DNA of 64,000 nucleotides from Ancrocorticia sp. (GCA_047602305.1 JASGHO010000001.1:3151898-3215897), one strand, 5' to 3'; positions 38,009-47,595 are shown, counted from the first letter of the stretch. The notes: generated by a model not told the origin, from the letters alone. Translations and numbers: made by a program.

Positions 38009-38043
38009 GGTGGCCTCCGGTTCTCGTATCGTTTCCTGCGTGG

Positions 38044-38463
38044 TTAGTCAGATGACCCCTCGCGTGCCCGGTTCGTGAAAGTTCCAGCGGTTAAGGCCGC
38101 GAACGAAGCTGTGACGATCTGTTCGAGTACACCGAGATTAATCTTCTCCAAGTCGGTGAGGTAGAGACAGCCGACGCCTCCTCGGTAGGGCCCAAGCTGA
38201 GCCAGCAACTCTTCGTGCGACCCCAGGCCATCGTTGAGATAGACCGACATTGCAGCTTTGCGCGGCGCGAACGCGGCGGCGGGTGCCGTACCCTTGCGGC
38301 CGCTGTCATAGTGATAGTGGTACTCGCCGTACCCGACGATTGTGCCCCGCAGTTCAGGCTTCAGACCGGTCACCTTCGTGAAGAGTGCAAGCAGTGTTTC
38401 GGCGTCGCGACGCCGTTTGGCCGGGGTAACCTTCGCGATGAAGTCATCAATTTCGCTCGACAT
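38044..38463 (-). CDS. DUF1801 protein
   Basis: 'RRRDAE.L......TG..P.L.GTIVGYG.YHY.Y.SGR.G......FAPRK..MS.YL...GVGCLYL..L'. Confidence 0.88.
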   Translation of the reverse strand: MSSEIDDFIAKVTPAKRRRDAETLLALFTKVTGLKPELRGTIVGYGEYHYHYDSGRKGTAPAAAFAPRKAAMSVYLNDGLGSHEELLAQLGPYRGGVGCLYLTDLEKINLGVLEQIVTASFAALTAGTFTNRAREGSSD

Positions 38464-38604
38464 GCTCAGAGTGTATCCCAGCGTTTACGCAGGCAACACT
38501 ACGACGGGAGATACGTAGATATCCCGGATGCTCTTGCGCCTCTCAACTACTCCTGCGCCTCTCAACCGGCGCAACCCGTAACCAGGGAGGGATTGCATGC
38601 ACCG

Positions 38605-38676
38605 AAATCTATCTCCGAAATCCCGTACCTTGCGTACCCATGACACACGGGTAGCGGGATTCTGGAGATACATTTT
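38605..38676. repeat. ATCTCCG hairpin element, copy 1
   Basis: ATCTCCGAAATCCCG...TACCCATGACACACG...CGGGATTCTGGAGAT; second copy 51842-51913. Confidence 0.75.
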
Positions 38677-38682
38677 GAGAGT

Positions 38683-39123
38683 TCACTCCGTATCGGGCTT
38701 GCGCCGGTCCCGTTTGATGCTGGATCGCCGCTTCTTGGTTTCGAGTCGACGACGTTGCGACGCCCGCGTTGGTTTGGTAGCTCGCCGGGGTACCGGCGGA
38801 ATGATTGCTTCCCGGATAATCTCGGCCAGACGCTTCCGTGCGGCTGCCCGGTTGCGATGTTGAAGGCGCTCGGTGGACACGGTGACGGTGAGGACGCCGT
38901 CGGCCAATCGAGAGGAGAGCCGGTCGAGAACGCGGGCGCGTTGAATTTCGTTGAGCGACGTCGTCGTCGAAATATCCAGACTCAACTGGACGCGCGAATC
39001 GGAGGTGTTGACGCCCTGCCCGCCGGGGCCGCCCGAATGCGAGAATCGCTCGGTCAGCTCAGCGGCGGGAATTGTTGTTCCGTGCGGTGCGCCGGGGCCC
39101 GGAGGTACCTGCAAATCATCCAT
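38683..39123 (-). CDS. arfB: Alternative ribosome rescue peptidyl-tRNA hydrolase ArfB
   Basis: 'FSHSGGPGGQGVNT.DSRVQL', basic tail 'RRATKPTRAS.RRRLE.KKRRS'. Confidence 0.95.
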   Translation of the reverse strand: MDDLQVPPGPGAPHGTTIPAAELTERFSHSGGPGGQGVNTSDSRVQLSLDISTTTSLNEIQRARVLDRLSSRLADGVLTVTVSTERLQHRNRAAARKRLAEIIREAIIPPVPRRATKPTRASQRRRLETKKRRSSIKRDRRKPDTE

Positions 39124-39182
39124 ACCCTCAAGTGTGCCTTACGTGAGAACCGACTGTGGACGTGTGCGGTAGTCTCGGCTTC

Positions 39183-39584
39183 ATGGCCAAGTCGCATCCC
39201 CACATTGATAGTCCCACGGCTGAGCAGCTCCGAAATCTGGCTGAGGGGCGTCCACAGAAGATTGTCGACGCCTATCTTGCGTTGCACGAGATTGTCATTG
39301 AGACGCTTCCCGAGCTTACGTACTCGGTCGACGAAGTGGATGGGTCGGTCGGATATGGCCCTCACCAGTATGGATACAACGGATGGGGGATCGCCGCGTT
39401 GACGCCATACGGCAAATGGGTGTCGCTGACGCTGCTACAAGGTGCGCGTCTCGCGGACCCGAACGGGCTGCTTCAAGGGAACTCCACGATGAGGCATGTG
39501 AAGTTGAGTGGTCCGCAGGAGGTTGAATCGAACCGCGCCGCAGTTGTGGAACTCCTCCGCGCGGCGGTGCGTGTCAATGAGTGA
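39183..39584 (+). CDS. DUF1801-like protein
   Basis: 'GIAAL.PYGKWVSL..LQGA.L.DP.GLL.G....MRHVK'. Confidence 0.7.
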   Translation: MAKSHPHIDSPTAEQLRNLAEGRPQKIVDAYLALHEIVIETLPELTYSVDEVDGSVGYGPHQYGYNGWGIAALTPYGKWVSLTLLQGARLADPNGLLQGNSTMRHVKLSGPQEVESNRAAVVELLRAAVRVNE

Positions 39585-39614
39585 CATCTACCGTGAAGGC
39601 GACTAATGTACGTC

Positions 39615-39718
39615 GATAACCGCGTCCATCTGCACGGATAATCGTTCTGATCCGCGTTGATAACCGCGTCCATCTGCACGGATAATCGTTCTGATCCGCG
39701 TTGATAACCGCGTCCATC
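39615..39718. repeat. 44-bp tandem repeat, 2.4 copies
   Basis: GATAACCGCGTCCATCTGCACGGATAATCGTTCTGATCCGCGTT at 39615 and 39659, partial at 39703. Confidence 0.9.
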
Positions 39719-39900
39719 CGCCATTTTATGGTCTTGATTATTGGGATTTAACGTGTTTGTAACTTTCATCCCTGTAGGTTAAAAGCGCGTCAGGCCCATG
39801 TTTCAGACCGTGACAAGCCCACCGGCAGTAACCGTGTCAGGCGTGCCATTCTCCGTTGAATCCAATGAGGGAATTCTGAAGACGAAGTACGGTAGCGAAA

Positions 39901-41427
39901 ATGGAGGGGTTTATGGAGGCATTCGAGTCGATTCTCGATAAAGTTGCAGGAATTATTTGGGGGCCGTTCTTATTGATCCCATTCCTGCTCGGAACGGGCA
40001 TCTACATGACATTCAGGTTGGGGCTTGTGCAGTTTCGCGGGCTCGGTCCGGGCCTGAGCCTGGGGCTGCTGCGGCGTTCCGATGAAGGGTCCAGCGGTGA
40101 CGTGACGCAGTACAAGGCGCTCGCCACGGCCATGGCCGCTACGGTCGGCACGGGCAACATTGCGGGCGTGGCTACTGCGATCGCTCTTGGCGGTCCGGGC
40201 GCTATTTTCTGGATGTGGGTCAGCGGCGTGTTTGGTATGTCGCTCAAGTACAGCGAGTCGTTCCTCGCCGTGCGTTTCCGGACCATTGACAGGCGTGGGG
40301 GCCGCAATGGCGGACCACAGCATTACCTGCAGAAGGGAATCAAGGGTGGGGTCGGGGTCTTCCTCGGTTGGTTCTTCACCATTGCCACGATCGTGGCTTC
40401 CTTCGGTATCGGCAACATGGTGCAGGCGAATTCGCTGAGCGAAACCATGGAGTCAAACTTCTCGATCGCGCCGTGGGTGACTGGTCTCGTGGTTGCCGTT
40501 GTCACCTTCTTCGTACTTATCGGCGGTGTACATTCCATTTCCAACGTTGCGGCCACTGTCGTGCCTGTCATGGTTATTTTCTACATTGCCGCGCAGCTGT
40601 GGATCCTTATCGCAAATGTTGGTGATCTGGGCGGCGCCTTCGCGGCGATCTTCCACGGCGCCTTCAACGGCACCGCGGCAGCCGGCGGTTTCCTCGGTTC
40701 GCTTGTTATCGCCGCGATCCAGTTTGGTCTGGCTCGTGGTCTCTTCTCGAATGAGTCCGGTATGGGCTCGGCTGCCATCGCGGCTGGTGCTGCCCAGACC
40801 AGCCACCCGACACGTCAGGGTCTCGTCTCAATGACCCAGACCTTCATCGACACCATCATCATGGTGACCCTCACCGGTCTCGTCATCACCATCACCAAGG
40901 CGTACGAGATGGTGGACGCCTCTGGCAACGCTCTCACCGGCGTGAACCTCACCTCGACCGCGTTCAACGAAGGACTCGGTGTTGGCGGCAACGTGGGAGG
41001 CGTACTCGTGGCCATTTGTCTCGTACTATTTGCGTCGACGACGTTGTGGGGTTGGTCGTACTACGGTGACCGCGCCATCGAGCGTGCTCTTGGCACAAAG
41101 GCAATTCTTCCGTTCCGTCTCGTCTGGGTGGTTATGGCCTACATTGGCGCTACCATTCCGCTCAACGTGGTGTGGCTTTTCTCTGACATCGCTAACGGCC
41201 TCATGGTGATCCCGAACCTCATCGGTATCCTCATTCTCTCGGGTCTCATCGCCCGCGAGACGAAGGCGTACCTCTCTTTCGATCCCAAGTTGTTGGCTAC
41301 GCAGGCCGAGATCGATGTGGCTCTCAAGGATGAGCCAGGCTACCAGTCGTGGCGCGTCGAGGAGAAGCGACTTGATAAGGAAGCTGAGATTGTTCGGCAA
41401 GAGCGCGCCGCCCGCGGGAAGCGCTAA
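39901..41427 (+). CDS. Alanine/glycine:cation symporter (AgcS/AlsT family)
   Basis: 'AATVGTGNIAGVATAI..GGPGAIFWMW', 'RGLFSNESGMGS', 'QTFIDT', 'GWSYYG'. Confidence 0.95.
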   Translation: MEGFMEAFESILDKVAGIIWGPFLLIPFLLGTGIYMTFRLGLVQFRGLGPGLSLGLLRRSDEGSSGDVTQYKALATAMAATVGTGNIAGVATAIALGGPGAIFWMWVSGVFGMSLKYSESFLAVRFRTIDRRGGRNGGPQHYLQKGIKGGVGVFLGWFFTIATIVASFGIGNMVQANSLSETMESNFSIAPWVTGLVVAVVTFFVLIGGVHSISNVAATVVPVMVIFYIAAQLWILIANVGDLGGAFAAIFHGAFNGTAAAGGFLGSLVIAAIQFGLARGLFSNESGMGSAAIAAGAAQTSHPTRQGLVSMTQTFIDTIIMVTLTGLVITITKAYEMVDASGNALTGVNLTSTAFNEGLGVGGNVGGVLVAICLVLFASTTLWGWSYYGDRAIERALGTKAILPFRLVWVVMAYIGATIPLNVVWLFSDIANGLMVIPNLIGILILSGLIARETKAYLSFDPKLLATQAEIDVALKDEPGYQSWRVEEKRLDKEAEIVRQERAARGKR

Positions 41428-41524
41428 TGTGCTCAGACTAGCGACGGATGCTCACTAATCGAAGGCTTTCACTGACTGATCTGGATGAGCCGCTGACCTA
41501 GAGGCTAGTTCGTGACGTGAAAGA

Positions 41525-41555
41525 GGGTGCCCGGACCTTGTTGGCCCGGGCACCC
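41525..41555. terminator. Stem-loop between convergent genes
   Basis: GGGTGCCCGG...CCGGGCACCC. Confidence 0.55.
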
Positions 41556-41596
41556 TCCATTCAGCTTGTCTCACTCATGCTCGTGGCCGAGTTGTA

Positions 41597-42616
41597 CTAC
41601 TTCTTCGCTGCCTCCAGGGCGTCGGCGAAGGTGTTGAGGAACTTGGTGTAGGTCTGAATTCCCTCGTTGATGTAGGTGTCGTTGGGCATGTAGAGAACCT
41701 GGCCCGACTTGACGGCGTCGACGTTCTGCAGAGCCTCCGAACCTTCGATGATCTCGGCGGCGGGCTTAAACTCGGGGTTGTCCGAATCGATGGCGGCGGA
41801 GCGATCCATCACCAGGATCCACGCGGGATTGGAATCTGCGATTGCCTCGACGGAGACCTCGTCACCCTCGTGGTTATCGGTTGCATTCTCGATCGTCAGC
41901 GCAGGTGTCAGCCCGAGCAGACGCTGCAGCTCGCCGAGTGTACGGCCGTGATCGGGGGAGATGAAGCCGATCTCGCCACCGGAAACGTTGACGGCGATGA
42001 CGCTCTGAGCGGGATCGTATGCGGCCTTCACTCGTGCGACGGCGGCGTCGAGATCGTCGCCCAGCTTCTTGGCCTCGGCCTGCTTGCCGAAGATGTCACC
42101 CAGGACGGTGGCCTGGCGCTTGAGCTCGGCGTCGAAAGGCTGATCCTCGCGCGGATCCAGCTCGATCACGGTGGCGTCGGGAACCAGCTTGATGATGTCC
42201 TCGTAGTAGCCGCCGAAGCGCTGGCCGGTGACGACCAGATCAGGCTTTGCGGCGACAAGCAGTTCGAGGTTGGGCTCGCGGTGAACGCCGATGTCCACAA
42301 TCGAGGAATCCTTGGTGTAGTCAATCGTATCCGGCATGAGGGAGACTGCGGCGGCCGAGAGCTTGATGTCCCAGTCAGAGAGGGTCTGGAATGTGCGGTT
42401 GTCGAGCGCCACAACCGAGGTTGGCGGCACGGCGAGGGTATGGCTGCCGTGATTATCCTCGAACGTCAGTTCTTCGGGAGCGGAGGGTGCTGACGATTCT
42501 TGAGCCTGCTCCGAGGTGCTTTCGGTGCTGGGGGTGTCCTGTGAGCCACAGCCTGCGAGGGCGAGGGCTGCGGAAAGGGCGAGGGCTGCGGGAGCCCAAA
42601 ACTTCTTGCGATGCAT
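41597..42616 (-). CDS. Siderophore ABC transporter substrate-binding lipoprotein
   Basis: Lipobox LAGC; 'VVALDNRTF..L', 'EPNLE......PDLVV.GQRF', 'E.IA..NP.WI.V.DR'. Confidence 0.9.
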   Translation of the reverse strand: MHRKKFWAPAALALSAALALAGCGSQDTPSTESTSEQAQESSAPSAPEELTFEDNHGSHTLAVPPTSVVALDNRTFQTLSDWDIKLSAAAVSLMPDTIDYTKDSSIVDIGVHREPNLELLVAAKPDLVVTGQRFGGYYEDIIKLVPDATVIELDPREDQPFDAELKRQATVLGDIFGKQAEAKKLGDDLDAAVARVKAAYDPAQSVIAVNVSGGEIGFISPDHGRTLGELQRLLGLTPALTIENATDNHEGDEVSVEAIADSNPAWILVMDRSAAIDSDNPEFKPAAEIIEGSEALQNVDAVKSGQVLYMPNDTYINEGIQTYTKFLNTFADALEAAKK

Positions 42617-42768
42617 GTGATTGATTCCTAGTGCGCGGCGTGAGGCAATCTGGCGTGAAGCCGAAGCCGTCGAGCGTGCCGGGCAGATGGTGGTAGGTAC
42701 ATGGTGTCCAGGTTGTGGCATCGAAGTGTTCCTCAGGGTGGTGGATTTTTCACGGACGCCGACAGTCA

Positions 42769-42787
42769 TTAGGTTAGCCTAACCTAA
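42769..42787. promoter_or_regulatory. DtxR/IdeR iron box
   Basis: TTAGGTTAGCCTAACCTAA, perfect 19-bp consensus upstream of the siderophore-binding gene. Confidence 0.95.
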
Positions 42788-42858
42788 TGGGTTGTGGCCG
42801 TGAGAGGTGAATTTTTTCAGTATGTGGAAGGCCGTTGGCTGTCGACTACAGTCAAACC

Positions 42859-43458
42859 ATGAGCAATGACGTTTCCAGCGACCTCTGGACTGAGGATGAT
42901 CTTGAAGGATTTGTTCGCGGCGACGAGTGGATGATGCGAGTACTTCGTGCCGCTGAGACGGTCGCGTTGCCAGACTGGTGGATTGGCGCCGGATTCCTAC
43001 GAAACGCGATATGGGACCGGTTGTCTGGAAGAGAACCTTGGCACGACGCCGACGTCGACCTTGTTTACTTCGATGCCGCCGACACGACTGCGCAACGGGA
43101 CTGGGACCTTGATGCTGACCTCCGGCAGCGCTTCCCGTTTGCGACGTGGGAAGTCCGGAACCAGGCGAGAATGCACGAAAGAGATGGTCTGCCGCCCTAT
43201 AGCTCCACGGAGGATGGCATTGCGCATTGGGTGGAGACAGCGACGTGTGTTGGAGTCCGGTTAACCTGCGGCCAACTGAACTTCTTGTTCTGCCACGGTC
43301 CGGAGGATTTGTTCGGCCTGATCGCGCGGCCGATTCCCGAATTTCAGAACCCGGATCGGATTGAGGTCTTCCAGCGTCGCGTTGTTACGAAGGGATGGAG
43401 GCAGAGGTGGCCGAATCTACGGGTCGAGGATGCTCAGGAATTCTCTGTCCTCGAATGA
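42859..43458 (+). CDS. Nucleotidyltransferase family protein (DUF925-like)
   Basis: 'LPDWWIGAGFLRN.IWD...D.D.DLVYFD', 'WEVRNQARMH', 'ETATCVGVR', 'G.EDLF'. Confidence 0.88.
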   Translation: MSNDVSSDLWTEDDLEGFVRGDEWMMRVLRAAETVALPDWWIGAGFLRNAIWDRLSGREPWHDADVDLVYFDAADTTAQRDWDLDADLRQRFPFATWEVRNQARMHERDGLPPYSSTEDGIAHWVETATCVGVRLTCGQLNFLFCHGPEDLFGLIARPIPEFQNPDRIEVFQRRVVTKGWRQRWPNLRVEDAQEFSVLE

Positions 43459-43459
43459 C

Positions 43460-44263
43460 ATGTTGACAGGAAAGAAGAGACACGTGACGAAGGAACAAGA
43501 ACTGTCAGGTGGAAATGCCAGTGGGCATGTTGTGCGTATAGGCGGAACAGTTCGTAAACCTTGGACAGCAGCCACTCCGAGCGTGTTTGCGTATATGGAG
43601 GCACTTCGGTTGGTGGGAGTCGAGCTACCTGCGCCGATGGGTCGAGATGAGCAAGGGCGTCAGGTAACGGAGTTTGTCGAGGGAGAACTCGCTATGGGCG
43701 GGGAACCCTTGACCCTTGTGGAACTTGCTGAAGTTGGTGCGCTCGTTCGCCAGATTCACGACGCCAGTGCTGGATTTTCTCCCGCGAGAGATGCCGTATG
43801 GGAAACAGCAATTGAGGCTCCCGGCGATGAGTTGATTTGCCACAATGACCTTGCGCCATGGAATCTTCGTCGTGGTGAACGCTGGGTTTTCATTGACTGG
43901 GACGCGGCGGCACCGAGTACTCGACTGTGGGACCTGGCCTATGCGGTGCAAGCTTTTACGCTTACTGACCCGCAGCAAACCCCGAAGGTTGCAGCCGAAG
44001 CTCTCTCATCTTTCGTCTCGGGATATTGTGCGGACGCACAGCTTCGTGTGGAGTTACCTGAAGCGCTCGTGGATCGAGCATGGGCGATGTTCAGTATGCT
44101 GGAGCGGTCGTACCGGGAGGGGTGTGAGCCGTGGGCGACGATGTTCGTCGAAGGACATGGTGATCACTGGCAAACGGTCGCCCAATATGTTGAGCGAAAT
44201 CGGGAGGTTTGGCGTGCGGCCCTTAGTGGGGCTAGCAGTCAGACTGATAACTCAGACTGCTAA
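43460..44263 (+). CDS. Aminoglycoside phosphotransferase-like kinase
   Basis: 'LSGGN....VVRIG.TVRKP', 'ICHNDLAPWN', 'FIDWDAAAP...WDLA'. Confidence 0.85.
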   Translation: MLTGKKRHVTKEQELSGGNASGHVVRIGGTVRKPWTAATPSVFAYMEALRLVGVELPAPMGRDEQGRQVTEFVEGELAMGGEPLTLVELAEVGALVRQIHDASAGFSPARDAVWETAIEAPGDELICHNDLAPWNLRRGERWVFIDWDAAAPSTRLWDLAYAVQAFTLTDPQQTPKVAAEALSSFVSGYCADAQLRVELPEALVDRAWAMFSMLERSYREGCEPWATMFVEGHGDHWQTVAQYVERNREVWRAALSGASSQTDNSDC

Positions 44264-44310
44264 CCTCGTCCCACCTGCTGTGTATCCAGCCCCTTTGGTA
44301 GCATCCAGGC

Positions 44311-44763
44311 ATGGCCATCAAACTGAACAACGTGGGTATCGCCGTCCGTGATCTCGAGGAGGCCATTGCTTTCTTTACGGACCTCGGTCTCACCGTGCTT
44401 GGACGGGACACTGTGAGCGGAGAATGGGCCAGCACCGCTGTCGGCCTCGATGGCAACCACGCCAAAATCGCGCTGCTCCAAACTCCTGATGGAAACGGCC
44501 ATATCGAACTTTTTGAGTACATCCATCCCGACGCGATCGAGACGGAAGCGACCCTTCCCAACGAGATTGGTATGCACCGTGTCGCCTTCCAAGTGGACGA
44601 CATCGACGAGTCGATCGCGATTGCCGCAAGGCACGGCTGTTACCCGCTTCGTGGTGTCGCAACCTACGAGAACATCTACAAGTTGACGTACCTGCGCGGC
44701 CCGAGCGGAATCCTGGTCATGTTCGCCGAGGACCTGACCGTATCGTCCACTCCAAAAGACTGA
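44311..44763 (+). CDS. VOC/glyoxalase family protein
   Basis: 'NVGIAVRDLEEAIAFFTDLG', 'IELFEYIHP', 'HRVAFQVDDID', 'YLRGPSGI'. Confidence 0.92.
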   Translation: MAIKLNNVGIAVRDLEEAIAFFTDLGLTVLGRDTVSGEWASTAVGLDGNHAKIALLQTPDGNGHIELFEYIHPDAIETEATLPNEIGMHRVAFQVDDIDESIAIAARHGCYPLRGVATYENIYKLTYLRGPSGILVMFAEDLTVSSTPKD

Positions 44764-44770
44764 AGGGATC

Positions 44771-45202
44771 ATGGTGACCATGAGTTCATCGCCAAACAAA
44801 ATAGTAGGGACGGTTGTCTGCTTGCCCGTCCGTGACCTCGAACGATCATTGCGCTTCTACCAAGCTGTTTTTGAACTTGCGGACCTTGAAGCGAATGAAG
44901 GAATGGTTGTCGTCGAACTTCCTAACCTTTCACTCTTCCTCCTCGAAGAGAACGTCTTTGCGGACTACAGTCAGAAGGTAGGGCGTCAAGTGGCTTATCC
45001 AGATGGAGGGAGCTCAGTCATCCTCAGTTGCGCGATCGATTCGAGAGAATCACTGGACAGCATACTGGAGGCGGCTGAAGTATCGGGTGGCACCGTCCCC
45101 AAACCTGCGGTCGATGACGAATGGACGCGTCTGTACATTGGTTACTTCTTCGACCCAGATGGCCATCACTGGGAGCTTGCCCATTCGGATCAGCAAGGTT
45201 AA
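44771..45202 (+). CDS. VOC/glyoxalase family protein
   Basis: 'LPVRDLERSLRFY', 'GYFFDPDGHHWEL'. Confidence 0.9.
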   Translation: MVTMSSSPNKIVGTVVCLPVRDLERSLRFYQAVFELADLEANEGMVVVELPNLSLFLLEENVFADYSQKVGRQVAYPDGGSSVILSCAIDSRESLDSILEAAEVSGGTVPKPAVDDEWTRLYIGYFFDPDGHHWELAHSDQQG

Positions 45203-45255
45203 ACCACCGGACCTATTTCCGCTAGTTGCTGTCTATTGCTCCTGTCAGTTGCGGT

Positions 45256-45735
45256 CTATCGGTTTGACTCCGCGCCGTCGTCGTTCTTACGTGGCCACAG
45301 CTGCCCGCGGCGCTCCTCGGCCTTCTCATTGAAGCGACGCATCAACGTGGCGAAGGCGCGGACGTCGTCGTCGCTCCAGCCGCTTGTGATTTCAGTGAAG
45401 GTTGCGTGCCGGGCTTCGAACTCTTCCTCAAGCCGTACGTTTCCCTCCTCGGATGGTTGGTGAAGCCAGGCCGCGCCGCCTTCTGGGTCGCGGACTTTCT
45501 CGATGAGTCCGTGTTTGGCGGCGGCCGCGAGTTGCCGGTGTACGGTGGAAATGTCGAGTCCGAACGCCTCGGATAGCTGCGCAACCGTCATCGGCCCCTC
45601 GGCTTTCAAACGAGCCAGAAGCAGCGTCGCGCTGCGGTCGAGATGTGCCTGCCTGCCGTAGGGTCCGGTGCTGTGAACCACGTGCCGTTGCATGAGCATG
45701 TGTTCGTAAAGCAGGGAATCGAGTGGGTCGGACAT
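45256..45735 (-). CDS. MarR family regulator
   Basis: 'LDRSA..LL.RL..EGPMTVAQL..AFGLDISTV.RQL.A....GL'. Confidence 0.9.
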   Translation of the reverse strand: MSDPLDSLLYEHMLMQRHVVHSTGPYGRQAHLDRSATLLLARLKAEGPMTVAQLSEAFGLDISTVHRQLAAAAKHGLIEKVRDPEGGAAWLHQPSEEGNVRLEEEFEARHATFTEITSGWSDDDVRAFATLMRRFNEKAEERRGQLWPRKNDDGAESNR

Positions 45736-45980
45736 TATTTCTCCAGTCGGACTGCGGTTGGCTGCTGGGCAATTTGGGGCTGTCGGGTTATTTGTGGCCC
45801 CGGGTGTTGGTATTCGAAGTTGTTGGTGTGCGAAGTTGTTGGTGTGCGAAAACTTGGGCTTCCAGTTGGGGTAAGGCTACCGAATAGTCGTGAGAGAAAG
45901 CCGACATGGGGCGCCCTGTTTCCTTCAAAACTGGTGGTCAGGATACTTATGTGAGCGAGAAGACCATATTTCTCTCCTAA

Positions 45981-46007
45981 TTGCATGATACAAATTGCAT
46001 CATACAA
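45981..46007. promoter_or_regulatory. Tandem palindromic operator pair (probable MarR sites)
   Basis: TTGCATGATACAA and TTGCATCATACAA (TTGYAT-n-ATRCAA) between divergent marR and MFS genes. Confidence 0.7.
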
Positions 46008-46022
46008 ATTTCTAGGTGAAGG

Positions 46023-47522
46023 GTGAAACCTGCTGTGCTGACAGCGTCTGACGAACAAGAATTAGGCCACGTTGACCGCTCGAACGGAACGACTGGCGTC
46101 ACAAGCGATGCGTGGATGGTCGAGGGTGGTGGGAAGACTGCTAGCGGGAGTGGGAAGACTGCCGACGGCGGCGCAAAGACTGCCGAGGGCGGTGCAAACC
46201 AAGCCCGGCTCATGACGCCGGCCTTCGTACTGGCCTGGGTTGTGAATTTCTGCCAGTACCTGGTCTTCTACGTCCTCGTCACGACCATGGCCTTGTACGC
46301 AGTCAAGCAATTCGCCGCCTCGGACGCCGCAAGTGGCCTGGCCTCCAGCGCCTTCGTTGTGGGAGCAACGTTCGCTCGCGTGTTCTCGGGTTACCTTGTT
46401 GACACGTTTGGCCAGCGCAAGATCCTTGTTGTCTCGCTTGTCGTGGTGGTGATCGCCTGCGGTCTGTACCTCCCGGCGGCCTCGCTATCGCTATTGATTC
46501 TGGTTCGCATGCTCCACGGCATCGGGTACGCATTTGCCAGCACGGCCACGATGGCCCTGGCGCAGTCGGCCATCCCCGCCGACCGCCGCGCTGAAGGAAC
46601 CGGATACTACGCCCTCGGCTCCACCCTGGCCACGGCGATCGGGCCGGCAATCGGCCTCATGATCGTTAACGATTTCAGCTACTCAGGGCTTTTTTGGACC
46701 TCTCTGGCGACCGCTGTTGTTGGTCTACTCTTGGGCCTTGCACTTCACCGTTTCACGCGCCAGCCCATCCCCGATGGGGCCGACGCACGCGGCTTGGTTC
46801 TGGACGCCGAAACCTCTGCTGGGTCCGCTGGATCCACCGGAGCCGTGTCCGCTAAATCCGCCAACTCTGCTGGGTCCGGCGCCAAAACCGCCGCCAAGCC
46901 CGGCATCGAAACCGCCGCACCGACCGAGACTCGCGAAAGCTTCTCTCTTCGCACCATCGCCCACCCGGCGGTTGTGCCGATCGGTACCTTCATGCTGATG
47001 GTTGGCCTGTGCTACGCGGGCGTCATCACCTACCTCAATGCGTACTCCGAGGAGCGCGATGTCGTCTCCGGTGCCAGCATGTTCTTCCTTGCCTACGCCG
47101 CCGCCATGTTCGTCATGCGTTTCGTGCTCGGCAAGTTGCAGGATCGCCGCGGCGACAACGTCGTCGTTTACCTTGGACTCGTGTCCTTCGCGATTGCGCT
47201 CGTCATCCTCGCCATGGCAAATCAGGACTGGCAGGTTATCGTTGCGGGTGCTTTCACCGGGCTTGGTTACGGCACGCTGATGCCAGCCTCCCAAGCGATT
47301 GCCGTCCGCATGGTTCCTGCTCACAAGCTCGGCACCGGCATCTCCACGCTGCTCCTGCTCACGGATCTGGGCATCGGTCTCGGCCCGATTTTCCTCGGTT
47401 TCCTTGTTGCGAAGACCGGCTACGGCTCCATGTATGCGCTCTTGGCCATGCTTGTGGTGCTCGCCGCGATCTTCTACCACCTCGCCCACGGCCGTAAGGA
47501 CATCGCGAAGCCGAACGCGTAG
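46023..47522 (+). CDS. MFS transporter
   Basis: 12 TM pattern, 'GYLVDTFGQR', 'RRAEGTGYY', 'GKLQDRRG'; true start probably downstream. Confidence 0.92.
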   Translation: MKPAVLTASDEQELGHVDRSNGTTGVTSDAWMVEGGGKTASGSGKTADGGAKTAEGGANQARLMTPAFVLAWVVNFCQYLVFYVLVTTMALYAVKQFAASDAASGLASSAFVVGATFARVFSGYLVDTFGQRKILVVSLVVVVIACGLYLPAASLSLLILVRMLHGIGYAFASTATMALAQSAIPADRRAEGTGYYALGSTLATAIGPAIGLMIVNDFSYSGLFWTSLATAVVGLLLGLALHRFTRQPIPDGADARGLVLDAETSAGSAGSTGAVSAKSANSAGSGAKTAAKPGIETAAPTETRESFSLRTIAHPAVVPIGTFMLMVGLCYAGVITYLNAYSEERDVVSGASMFFLAYAAAMFVMRFVLGKLQDRRGDNVVVYLGLVSFAIALVILAMANQDWQVIVAGAFTGLGYGTLMPASQAIAVRMVPAHKLGTGISTLLLLTDLGIGLGPIFLGFLVAKTGYGSMYALLAMLVVLAAIFYHLAHGRKDIAKPNA

Positions 47523-47595
47523 TACTAGGCGTTGGTTCGCTTGTCCCTTTTGCGTATTCCTTGCCCAATGGCGCGGTTTGTTTCGGCGCTCCACT

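Noticed and set aside
39615-39718. 44-bp repeats as a CRISPR array
   Set aside because: Head-to-tail identical units without unique spacers.
27367-39720. IS element, prophage or ICE
   Set aside because: No transposase, integrase, phage structural or conjugation genes were recognised.
39720-39900. Glycine riboswitch upstream of the alanine/glycine symporter
   Set aside because: No recognisable GGAGA...CCGAAG...CTCAGG aptamer pattern by eye; a cmscan would settle it.
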